IMG/VR virus record: IMGVR_UViG_3300035682_000005
Reading direction: 5' to 3' (one strand)
Length of the DNA stretch: 64,000 nucleotides
DNA from: a virus
The notes under the pieces are model-generated. The model did not search any database, had not been told where the DNA came from, and saw only the letters and a list, made by a program, of their open reading frames with translations. Below are positions 28,774 through 38,368 of the stretch, one piece after another (position 1 is the stretch's first letter; each line of letters starts with the position of its first letter). A program made the position numbers and the translations under genes.

Positions 28774-28840
28774 TCGCACCTGACGAGTCCGTATAAGGAC
28801 GAAACGCCAGGGGTTTTTACCTTCCCCTGGCGTAGTGTGA
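28774..28840 (+). ncRNA. Type I hammerhead ribozyme
   Basis: Stem I TCGCAC/GTGTGA; core CTGACGA (28780-86); stem II GTCC-gtataa-GGAC; GAAA (28801-04); stem III CGCCAGGGG/CCCCTGGCG; cleavage triplet GUA ending 28834. Confidence 0.92.
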
Positions 28841-28853
28841 TAAATAAAAATAT

Positions 28854-28929
28854 GGAATCGTAGTTCAGTGGTTAGAACGCTCCCCTGTCACGGGAGAGGT
28901 CGTGGGTTCGAGTCCCATCGGTTCCGCCA
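28854..28929 (+). tRNA. tRNA-Asp(GTC)
   Basis: GGAATCG/CGGTTCC acceptor; anticodon arm CTCCC-CTGTCAC-GGGAG; GTTCGAG T-loop; encoded CCA. Confidence 0.96.
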
Positions 28930-28949
28930 TATTATGCAAAAAGGTTGTT

Positions 28950-29381
28950 ATGAAATATTTGCGTGAAGTCAGAGTGAAATACGGAAAGAAGATTCCACTG
29001 GTCGCGGCGATACGATCACCCCAACAGATTGCAGACTTCATACGAAAGAAAGTTCTTACAACTAACGCCAAAGAACATCTTGTCCTTATTTGCCTTGATG
29101 GCAATCACGATGTTATAGCATACAATCTACTAGGCATCGGCACGGCCACATCATGCACGTTCCATCCACGCGAAGTGTTTCAGCCAGCTATCGTGGCAGG
29201 CGCCGTCTCAATTATTCTTGCACACAACCACCCATCAAACAACCTTGAGCCAAGCAAGGAAGATTTACAAGTCACAAAGATTGCAAAGGAAGGAGCTAAA
29301 CTCCTAGGCATCAAATTGCTAGACCACATCATCATAACAGACACCGGACATTATTCACTACACGAAGCTGGTAACATATAG
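28950..29381 (+). CDS. RadC-like JAB-domain protein
   Basis: KEHL..ICLD, HPREVFQPAI..GAVSIILAHNHPS....PSKED, LLDHII. Confidence 0.9.
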   Translation: MKYLREVRVKYGKKIPLVAAIRSPQQIADFIRKKVLTTNAKEHLVLICLDGNHDVIAYNLLGIGTATSCTFHPREVFQPAIVAGAVSIILAHNHPSNNLEPSKEDLQVTKIAKEGAKLLGIKLLDHIIITDTGHYSLHEAGNI

Positions 29382-29941
29382 ATCTACGAGAATTGCGTAT
29401 CCGAGGCATATGTAAGTATCTAATATGGCTATGTAAAATAATTTGGAGTTATCACTTAAGCCCTTTATTTTACGTTGGATTGGAGCTTCGTTATATCGCC
29501 AAATTGTGATATAATAGTCCTATGATGAAGCAAAAGATGTCACAAAAACAAATTGATAAAATTTTAGAGATGAGTTTAGAACAGCTCCTTTACTTAAGTC
29601 GGATGTTTCGAGAGTTTGATGTAAACACTCTTTTTGCTGAATGTGTTGTGTGTGAGATTCAACGCAGACTGAAAACACACCGTTCCGAAGAGTGTGTAGC
29701 AAGTAATTAACAAAGGTGATACTATGAGACAAGCAAGCGAAACAGCCAAAAACAAGTTTATCCAAATCATCGAAGATACTGGTGTTGAGTTGACTCCGCA
29801 AGTAGTCCTTATGTGCATTGAACACGCTCGGCAAATGATGCTCTCTGGAGATGTATGTGTCGAAGCCTTCTATGAAGCAAAGAAGATCTTGATCGACCGT
29901 TGTGTAATGACTAGCGAAACAATTAACTAAAAGGTATCAAT

Positions 29942-30076
29942 ATGAAATACAAAGGACAAACTCAAGACCTTTACCTAGCTTATGTGAATGATTACCTCAC
30001 GGTAGCCCGATGTGCCGCCGACCACGAGATTAGCCAATACAGCATGTTGCGAATTATCAAACTTTGGAGAAAATAG
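29942..30076 (+). CDS. Small hypothetical protein (below ORF-track cutoff)
   Basis: AAGGT SD; [44 protein letters not shown]. Confidence 0.5.
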   Translation: MKYKGQTQDLYLAYVNDYLTVARCAADHEISQYSMLRIIKLWRK

Positions 30077-30077
30077 T

Positions 30078-30239
30078 ATGATCTATGAAGAAGCAAAGAA
30101 GATCGTGGGCAACCAACCCACATGGGCTCTTAAAAACATGGTCAAAGCCTTGCAGATGTTTGGTGGCTATATGAATACGCCAGAAGAGAACCTTCGACTT
30201 CAGGCAGCAAAAATTGTACTTAAAGGTAAAAGAAAATAA
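30078..30239 (+). CDS. Small hypothetical phage protein
   Basis: GGAG SD; [14 protein letters not shown]...[13 protein letters not shown]. Confidence 0.6.
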   Translation: MIYEEAKKIVGNQPTWALKNMVKALQMFGGYMNTPEENLRLQAAKIVLKGKRK

Positions 30240-30554
30240 TATGAGACACCTTCCATCAGAAATTGCATCCGTCAAAGCACGTATTGCGCAGATTAAAAAG
30301 ACACAGAAGAAACTTGCGCCAGATGAGGTTGATTACTACACAAACCGCCTTGAGCTTGAGAGCCTAACAGAAGACCTAAAAGAACTTCAACAGCTCGACA
30401 TGATTACAGAAGAGCTCCATGCATAACGTGAGCAAAACGGATGATTGTGTTACACTCAGTGTGTTACCTTAGAGAAGCATTCGACATGGCACTTGATGTG
30501 CTATTAGCCGAAGGTATTGACGGAATTATTGAAGAGCTTGATGAGGACTAAACA

Positions 30555-30782
30555 ATGGACGTATGGAATTTAGAGAACCACAAAATCGAAGGAACCTACC
30601 ACGGAGTGCCTTTCTGTGGAACAGTTGTGTTAAGCCGTGTGTGCTACGGGTCGCAACCAGCCATAGAACACACTATTCTCCTTGAACGACCAATCACAGT
30701 AAACAACACGCCACGAACGCTTATCACAGTAAAGACATCAGACTCGTCAGATGTTGCAGAGTACGCCGTTACCGACTTTTAA
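30555..30782 (+). CDS. Hypothetical protein (WNLE..IEGTY.G.PF.GTV..SRV.YG type)
   Basis: GAGG SD; motif pattern recurrent in phages. Confidence 0.6.
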   Translation: MDVWNLENHKIEGTYHGVPFCGTVVLSRVCYGSQPAIEHTILLERPITVNNTPRTLITVKTSDSSDVAEYAVTDF

Positions 30783-31320
30783 TAAAAGGACCCAAGATGT
30801 TCAATGACACAAAAGATGATATTGTAACCAGGTACGCTGATGTTATTAAAGACAGACCAACAGTGTATGGCAAGATTATGACCATTCATGTGTATCCAGA
30901 AGAAGAAAGCTCCGTTCCGGGAAACTTTGAAGTAGACCTGACCCTTGACAGTGGAGAACTCCTTGAAGCAAGTGTCCCTGCCGCAATGATTAGAACGTTA
31001 CAGGAAAGAGCATTTGAGCCAGCTATTTTTGTAATAAATTCAGTTTCCAAGAATGACAAACATTTTGATTGCCAAGCAATCCTGTTTGGAGCTAAAACAC
31101 AAACATGGGCAGCCTAAGATATGATACCATTTGACAAAATCGCCGACGAAATCGAGGTACTAGAACAGACCATTCAAGACTTAGAAAACGCCTTTCCTAA
31201 AGTCATGGTGCCGTCAGTGCGTAGCAGCCTTTATGCAAAGATTGAAGAGATTAAAGACAGTATACAGATACTCCGCGAGAACCTCCAAGAAGAAAGCAGC
31301 TTAACTACATAACAACATAC

Positions 31321-31393
31321 GTCTCCTTCGTCTAGTGGCCTAGGACACCCGCCTTTCACGCAGGTAACACGGGTTCGAGTCCCGTAGGAGACA
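31321..31393 (+). tRNA. tRNA-Glu(TTC)
   Basis: GTCTCCT/AGGAGAC acceptor; anticodon loop CTTTCAC; GGTTCGAGTCC T-arm; one mismatch in anticodon stem; no encoded CCA. Confidence 0.92.
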
Positions 31394-32124
31394 CACCCTA
31401 ACCCCCTATGATAACACAGCACCAAAAGACCCGCCTTGACGAACTTACCCTTAAGTACAAATACTCCTTTTACATCCACGGCTCTATAACAAGCGCATAC
31501 AATACAATACGCCTTGCCGCATTTGTTAGCCTTAAGAAGCCAACAGAATACGAATCGTTTCAAGTAGATGATGATAGATCCCTTATCTTTTACAACACAG
31601 AGACAAAACGCACTTTCATGTGCATAGAGTAAGCACATAACCCCCATCATACCCCTTGGACCAAGTTACCTGTTGTAACAGCCATTCTTGGTCCAAGTCA
31701 ATACATATACCTGTATACATTAAACGCAGGTATATCATCATGTCCATCCACAAAGATTTCAAAAAGAACCTAATCAGTAAAGAGAAAGGTTCACACAAAC
31801 AACGCGCCACAAGAACTCTTAGATCATTAGAGATATTTGTAACAGCATCAAAGAACCTTCTTGACGAGTGGTCTGACCTACTAGACGAAACAAGCAACCT
31901 TGATTATGGTGCAGAGAACTATCCCAAAGATTGGGACTCATTTGATATAGAGATAGAGCATATACGAAAATGGGCGAATTCTTTTAAAGACCAATTACGG
32001 AAGGTTAAGTAGATCGGCAGTTGTTTTGTATTATGTGTTTTATAACCACCGGCGGTACGAACAAAGACTGATATCGTAACTAGAACGCACGACTAACTTT
32101 CCATGGTCCAAAGTTGCATCTCAC

Positions 32125-32190
32125 AAATTTGATAGCTTGATCTATGAAATTTGATAGCTTGATCTATGAAATTTGATAGCTTGATCTATC
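32125..32190. repeat. Three tandem 22-bp direct repeats (AAATTTGATAGCTTGATCTATG/C)
   Basis: Units at 32125-146, 32147-168 and 32169-190; internal dyad TTTGATAG...CTATCAAA. Confidence 0.95.
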
Positions 32191-32294
32191 AAAATCGTTT
32201 CCGTACAGTATCTCAAAAAATCCAACAAATCCAAAAATTGCTTCCAGACTTTTTTTGCTTGACTCCATTAAAACAATTGTTGTATACTTACTAT

Positions 32295-32513
32295 ATGACA
32301 AGCAAAACACACATTACATCCAACAAAGCAAAGTGCCTGCGGTGTCTCGAAACAATTGAGAGTAAGCACCGACGTGACTTTGTTCAGTGTCAGTGTGGCG
32401 CTATCTTTGTTGATGGTGGTAAAGATTACCTCCGTCGAGGTGGAATTATTGAAGCCATAGAAGAGTTGAGTACATTTGCAGAAAACACAAAACAGGACAC
32501 ACAACCAGTATGA
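32295..32513 (+). CDS. Small Zn-ribbon-like phage protein
   Basis: CLRC..IESKHRRDFVQCQCGAIFVDGGKDYLRR; TTGACT-18-TATACT promoter supports start at 32295. Confidence 0.75.
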   Translation: MTSKTHITSNKAKCLRCLETIESKHRRDFVQCQCGAIFVDGGKDYLRRGGIIEAIEELSTFAENTKQDTQPV

Positions 32514-32877
32514 GTACAGACAGAAAAGCACTCTTTCAACAAGTTGCAGTAGCTATGCTTAAGACGCGGTCAGATGTCGTCATTCGTGCTACTGCACAAG
32601 GCACCGCAGTATGTGTATGTCCGTTGTTTCTTAAAGATGTTGCAATTGTTGCAGAAGCTATACAGCATAGTTCAGAAGCATTCAGCACAAACGTTCGCAC
32701 AAAGACAAAAGAACACGTTGAAGCAATTGTCGAAAACCATAGAGAACTGTTATCAAAGTTGATAGACAGACCTGTTACAGAAGATCAAACTAAGTAACAG
32801 TCGCTCACACACAAACACGCTAGATTGAACACATAGAGAAACAGTATAGCATCCAACTTATGGAGGTATAGTCAGTT

Positions 32878-32994
32878 ATGTTTCAAGATCCCGGTAGCAC
32901 ATTTTTGATCCTTGTTGTGTTGTTTATTGCACAACTTATTGCAGTTGTGTTGGTCCACGATTTAGTGGGTACTGATGATGATGATATTGGATAG
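32878..32994 (+). CDS. 38-aa single-pass membrane microprotein
   Basis: GGAGG SD; MFQDPGSTFLILVVLFIAQLIAVVLVHDLVGTDDDDIG. Confidence 0.55.
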   Translation: MFQDPGSTFLILVVLFIAQLIAVVLVHDLVGTDDDDIG

Positions 32995-33044
32995 ATAGTA
33001 AAAAAGAAATGGGCTAGAAAAGGATATAGAAAGGGATATTTCAT

Positions 33045-33137
33045 ATGCACATGATACTTATTGAAGCTGGCAGTCTTGCTCTTACGTTTGTTTTAACGAT
33101 TGTGGTGATTGCTATTACAGCGATTGGATGTAGATAG
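33045..33137 (+). CDS. 30-aa hydrophobic microprotein
   Basis: AAGGGA SD-like; MHMILIEAGSLALTFVLTIVVIAITAIGCR. Confidence 0.4.
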   Translation: MHMILIEAGSLALTFVLTIVVIAITAIGCR

Positions 33138-33573
33138 ATTTTGGATTGACTAGCGATACTAGCAAAGCGAGATCAGTTTGGAAAAATAATAATATAAGCG
33201 GAGAAAAGCAAGACAACGGATTTTATATCTGTTAGACTGTTTAGCATTATGATGATGAATGTAAACTACGATTATTCTAAGCCAGCAACGATGAGTGACT
33301 TTGAGCTTGTTGCACACTATCAACGTGTATTAGAAGAGCTTGCGTCGGTTGCAACAACGATCTCGCATGTTCGTGGCGATGATATGTTGAGCGTATCAGT
33401 AATGGGCGTACCGTGTCACATGGATGCGCGACAGCTCAAACAACACATCTCGATGCAGTTAAATTTCTTTGAACGTATGATTGAAGAAGCGCAAGCACGT
33501 ATCGTCAGAAGTGAGGGCAAAGTTGGATAAAAACACTACAAACAATAAACCAACATTAACATACTACGCACGT

Positions 33574-34293
33574 ATGGTACATAGAATTAAAGCACGACCA
33601 GTTTTGCCAATGAGTGCAGACGCAACACAGCCAGCAGATGTAGTCAGTAGCAGCACACAGTCAACAACAGGTGTTGGCACAAATTCAACAATTGTTGATC
33701 CTTCACTTGATCCAGATCCTGCGGCAGCAAGCAATGTACAAAAAGCAACATCAACTGGCAGCACCGGCGGGTTTGGTTTTGTGCCAAGTGGAACTCCAAG
33801 TATACCACCACAAAGCAGTGCAACACCAACACAACAGAACATATCAAGTTCGTCTAGTGGCTCAGCAGCACATCAACTACTTCAAGGGTTTTATGCCCAA
33901 TCATACTTAAGTCAGTATGCAGAAAAGAATTCGTTTGATACGTTAGCGCAAGTGACAAAGCCAACAGAGCCTAAGGTTGAGTGGTCAGATGAGCGCGGCG
34001 CGATCTTTACACTCAAAGCATCAAAGATGGAATACAATCGCGACATATTTCACGAGGACACGTACAAACAGGCAGCACAGAGATTCTTTAAAAAGATTGA
34101 ATCAGATTTGCGATATACATTCAAAGACTCTACAGAGTTTTCGATTCGATTGATTGAGTACAACGATTATCCAGACAGAGAGTTTGTGATTACTCGCGAC
34201 GCAGAGATTCGCCACAACTACGAAACAGATACATGGCACTGGTGGTTTCTTGATGAACTACATTTGCTTGTTAAGAAAATGGACAAGAAATAA
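33574..34293 (+). CDS. Hypothetical protein with S/T/P-rich disordered N-terminus
   Basis: Low-complexity N-terminal half, globular C-terminal half. Confidence 0.55.
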   Translation: MVHRIKARPVLPMSADATQPADVVSSSTQSTTGVGTNSTIVDPSLDPDPAAASNVQKATSTGSTGGFGFVPSGTPSIPPQSSATPTQQNISSSSSGSAAHQLLQGFYAQSYLSQYAEKNSFDTLAQVTKPTEPKVEWSDERGAIFTLKASKMEYNRDIFHEDTYKQAAQRFFKKIESDLRYTFKDSTEFSIRLIEYNDYPDREFVITRDAEIRHNYETDTWHWWFLDELHLLVKKMDKK

Positions 34294-34401
34294 TGCTACG
34301 CCTATATAAGTATGTGCGACAAGCATATAGAAATGTTGAAATGAAAGAAACATTTAAAATGTATAGAGAGATGTTTAAGCAATTGAATAGATAATGCATG
34401 A

Positions 34402-34478
34402 GCCACCTTAGCTCAGTTGGTAGTAGCGACGGTTTTGTAAACCGTAGGTCAGGGGTTCAAATCCCTTAGGTGGCTCCA
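34402..34478 (+). tRNA. tRNA-Thr(TGT)
   Basis: GCCACCT/AGGTGGC acceptor; anticodon arm ACGGT-TTTGTAA-ACCGT; GTTCAAATC T-loop; encoded CCA. Confidence 0.95.
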
Positions 34479-35407
34479 CTTTTTTATTATTAGCACTATG
34501 ATGTACCCACTATACGAACTTGAACAACTTGAAAAGTGGCTTGAAATGAAGATTCAAACGCTCGAAGCATCTGGTGGTAATCCACTCGAATATAGCGAAG
34601 TGAATCTTACAAAGTCAATTTTGAAATTTGTTAAGTTCATGGCATCGCAGCAACGCAACGAACAACTTGATTATAGCGTAGCATCATATCAGTATGGTAT
34701 CGGCATGCAACAACACGCGCCAGCTGTTCGTTATGGTAGCAACACCACAGCGCCAATAGCCACCACACTACAACAATCTTCACATGTATGTGATGCGTGT
34801 AAAAATATTGATTCAAAACCGTCTACAACGAATGAGTAATATGAAAATTACACCAAGCCATAACCTCATTGAGAATATTAGGTCAGCAATACGAACGTCA
34901 AAAGAACGTCTTGATGAAAACAAACAACAGCGCAAAGCATTGATCACAAAGATCAGTAAACAGAAATTTGAAATTCGCACTCGCGAGTCACACATTTCAA
35001 CACTTGAAGAAGCTAAGTTTTATGATCGTCCAGTTCGTTCAGAGTTAGTTGATCTTGCGCGCCATGATCTCAAGCGTGAAGTAAAAGTTCTTGAAGACTT
35101 GCGACAACATCTTCTTGTTGCAGAAACGTTTCATGCGGTTGAAATTGCAGGGTTTCGAGCACTGCATAAAAGACTTGATGTGTTTAATGTTCCATTTGAT
35201 CCAGTACGAAAAGCAGCAAAGAACTAATATGAAAAATATTTTACTTGCTATGATTTCATATATTGCGTTTGGTCTTGGTTCACTACCGGATGGCTTGCCA
35301 GCAACTGAAGGTGGCATGTTGTTTATTAGCATGTTTGACCATGAGCCAAAGATTGAGCGTCGAATTCAACCAAATAGTGTGTACTTATTTTCTGTGGAGT
35401 TTTAATT

Positions 35408-35689
35408 ATGGTAGATATTGACCTTAAAAAGATTCTTGGTGAATACTCCCTTGAAGAAGATGACTTCGGTTTCTCAGCTGTTAGTGAAGAAGAGCATAAC
35501 AGAGTTGTTACAGACTCAGAACAAACTGTTGAGAACTACAAAGAAAAGCTGGTAGAACTTGAAAAACTCATTGTTCCATTTTTGATTAAGTTACTCAAGA
35601 CTGCGGACAAGGAGTATATTTACTGGCCTGGCAGAAAGCCAGTAATTGAGTCCCAGATACAGAAGATTGTTAAATTGACTAGAAGTTAA
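35408..35689 (+). CDS. Conserved hypothetical protein of T4-like phages
   Basis: DDFGFSAVSE...IVPFL..L.K..DKEYIYWP.R pattern. Confidence 0.65.
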   Translation: MVDIDLKKILGEYSLEEDDFGFSAVSEEEHNRVVTDSEQTVENYKEKLVELEKLIVPFLIKLLKTADKEYIYWPGRKPVIESQIQKIVKLTRS

Positions 35690-36957
35690 GAGTGATTATG
35701 GCAGCTAAACGAAAAGATGAAACTGACGTAGAAAACACAGTGACTCCAGAAATGAATGCTCTTATTGAAGAGATTACAGGTCTTGTAAAACTTCGTCACA
35801 CACTTACGTATGGAACAGCTACAGGCGCTCGCACAAGTGCAGAGAGCGTCATGAGTCGATCCATAAATGGAAGAGTTACAGATCTTGCAAAATTGATTTT
35901 AAAAAACTTTGACACGTAATTAAAAACGTGTCATTTTATAATGTATGAGCGCACTAACTGATCTTGCAACATTATTACCAACACTAAAAACTCAGCTAGA
36001 ACAAAAAGCTGTGAGAGATGCCAATGCACGTTCTGTTTTTGCATCGACACTCGCATCAGCAAAGTCACAAGATGGTGCAGATGCATCAAGTTTGCCAACA
36101 GTCGATCCATCAAAAAAAGATCTTGACCCGGCACTACTTGCTTCTGTTCTTGATAAAGTGCTTACAGCACTTCAAGATCTTCAAGCATCATCATTTTCGT
36201 TGCAAGCAGTTGGTCCTCCAGCATCATTAGCTGCACCCGGATCTCCTGGTCAGTATTGTGCAGACGCGGCGACTGGCAAGTTTTATTTGTGTGTTGCATC
36301 AAACCAATGGGTTGCTTTAAATATGGTTGCATAATTGTTATGATTAAACAAATTAACTACAAAATTATTGACGCAGACAACGTGCAATTACACATTACAT
36401 TTACAGATGGTTCACAAACGTGTTTTGCTCTTAACAAAAATGATGTAAATACATTTGTGTTTAAACTTGATGCTGTGTTTAATGAATTACTCGAAGTTGG
36501 AGAACAGGCATGTCAGCAGTAAACAGAAAAACACACAATGCGTATCGACTTTCAGTTGTGGAACTCACTGATGATGAGTTAAGAAAGGAGATATGGCTTC
36601 TTGATGAGCACATTAAATACTTACAACGTGAGGATGATCAACGTGCGCATGATGTAATTGAACTGTTACACGTTGCAATTGACGAAAAGGATCGGCGAGC
36701 AATCAACAAAGGATACATGTAATATGTCAGACACATTAACAATACTTTCTCGTCACATCTTTGAGGGTGTTGTTTCCACATTTGGAAAGATGCGCGTTAA
36801 AGTGGCTCTTTGGATACTTCCAAAAGATGTGTCTAACTTCGCTAATCTTATAATATCCAAAATGGCATGTGACATCCAAAAAATGGATTCTGAAAAAAGA
36901 AACAAAATCTCCGCGATCCGTATTGACTTTGAGTTTAGGATTTGATATTATTAAAGC

Positions 36958-37593
36958 ATGGGTTGTGACATTCATGCGCATATTGAATTTTTCTCTAAGA
37001 CTGAGCATAAGACTACCAGCAATTGTTTTGTTCGTTGTTTTTCTGGTGAGCTATCTTTTGGCAGAGACTACATTCTTTTCGGTCTCATGGCAGGAGTTCG
37101 TCACAGTGTTCCACCAATCATAAAACCTAAAGGTATTCCTACTACGCCAACCTTGTCGTACGAAGTTACAGATGCATACTATTTAAATGTTATATCTGAT
37201 GAAGCGCCACGTGCCCCTACAAACTCAATTCGTGAATCACTTGCTAAAGAGTATGTGTCAGAAGCATATTCAATATACGTTGATGATTCAAAACTGAGAA
37301 TCACGAATCCTAATTTTCACACACCAACTTGGCTTACACTGGATGAACTTCTGATAATTCGCAAGATGTATTTGTTAGAGACCGTTGAATTTTGGGCAAA
37401 CATATCAAAACAAAAGAAAATTGACATGCTCAATTTTATCAAAAGCACTGGCGCGCGCGAGTTGATGAAGTATTCGTTTCCAGATTATGAAAACAGCGTA
37501 CTCTATGCAGCAGTCGGCACAATGATGTCGCTTGAGCGTGTCAGTGAAAATGCAGATACGGAAACTCGATTGGTTTGTTGGTTCGATTCTTAA
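36958..37593 (+). CDS. Conserved hypothetical phage protein (MGCDIH...RLVxWFD type)
   Basis: MGCDIH, RDY.LFG.MAGVR, HTPTWLT..EL, RLVCWFDS. Confidence 0.75.
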   Translation: MGCDIHAHIEFFSKTEHKTTSNCFVRCFSGELSFGRDYILFGLMAGVRHSVPPIIKPKGIPTTPTLSYEVTDAYYLNVISDEAPRAPTNSIRESLAKEYVSEAYSIYVDDSKLRITNPNFHTPTWLTLDELLIIRKMYLLETVEFWANISKQKKIDMLNFIKSTGARELMKYSFPDYENSVLYAAVGTMMSLERVSENADTETRLVCWFDS

Positions 37594-37919
37594 TTTAATT
37601 GGAGAAATATATTATGATAAAGTACACGAGTGCATTAGTAAAAGAAGCAAAGAATTTATTTCCAGATTCTACAGGTCTCCACAAAATGATGCAGATGGGC
37701 GATGCAAAAGCACTTGACTTTGTTTACTCAAAGTTGGGGTTAACAGTTGATGAGGATGATATCGTTCGTGCGTTTCGCAACAAGAAAGAAATACGACTTC
37801 TTGAAATGGCTAAGAAAGCAAAAGCAATTCGAGACTTTTATCAAAAAATGTTTGTACACATTGACTCTCAAGAAATGAAAGTTGCAGATAAACTTGGATA
37901 TCAAGATTGTATCTAATAT

Positions 37920-38327
37920 ATGAATGAGCAGAACACAAAGCACATTATTGATGCATGCCCGTCTCTATTTGAAACGGTTAATGGGGAGTTAAATTTTTAT
38001 TTTGAATGTGGCGACGGCTGGGCAGATTTGCTTGTAGAGTTGTGTCAAAAGATACAAAGTCGTCTAAACATCCTTCATAAGGATCTTGCCAAAGATATTG
38101 TGGCATTACAAGTAAAAGAAAAATATGGTACGTTGCGATTTTATGTGTCGTATCATGATGAACTAATTGAGCTGTGTATTGCCGACGCAGAAAAGAAATC
38201 TGCCTGCACTTGCGAACAATGTGGCAAGCCAGGCAAACTTAGAGGACAGGCTTGGTTGTACACAGCATGTGATGAGCACACACGAAAAGAAGATTTGAAT
38301 GTGGATGATCTTTCAGAGCTACCATAG
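37920..38327 (+). CDS. Conserved hypothetical phage protein with C-terminal Zn ribbon
   Basis: ECGDGW, QVKEKYGTLRFY, CEQCGKPG...TACDEH. Confidence 0.75.
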   Translation: MNEQNTKHIIDACPSLFETVNGELNFYFECGDGWADLLVELCQKIQSRLNILHKDLAKDIVALQVKEKYGTLRFYVSYHDELIELCIADAEKKSACTCEQCGKPGKLRGQAWLYTACDEHTRKEDLNVDDLSELP

Positions 38328-38334
38328 GATCTGC

Positions 38335-38342
38335 TATAAATA
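38335..38342 (+). promoter_or_regulatory. T4-type late promoter (representative)
   Basis: TATAAATA before gp5; core TAAATA also at 1086(-), 1503, 1645(-), 16166(-), 17085, 18745, 19806, 21719, 24827, 28841, 41189, 45326, 47409, 59538, 62384. Confidence 0.8.
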
Positions 38343-38368
38343 CACAAGAGATGTGATTTGCAGATTAT

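Noticed and set aside
31394-31420. Theta (HDV-like) ribozymes at tRNA 3' ends
   Set aside because: No nested double-pseudoknot pattern is visible downstream of any of the four tRNAs.
32125-32190. CRISPR mini-array
   Set aside because: The repeats are directly adjacent with no spacers, and no cas genes are in the window.
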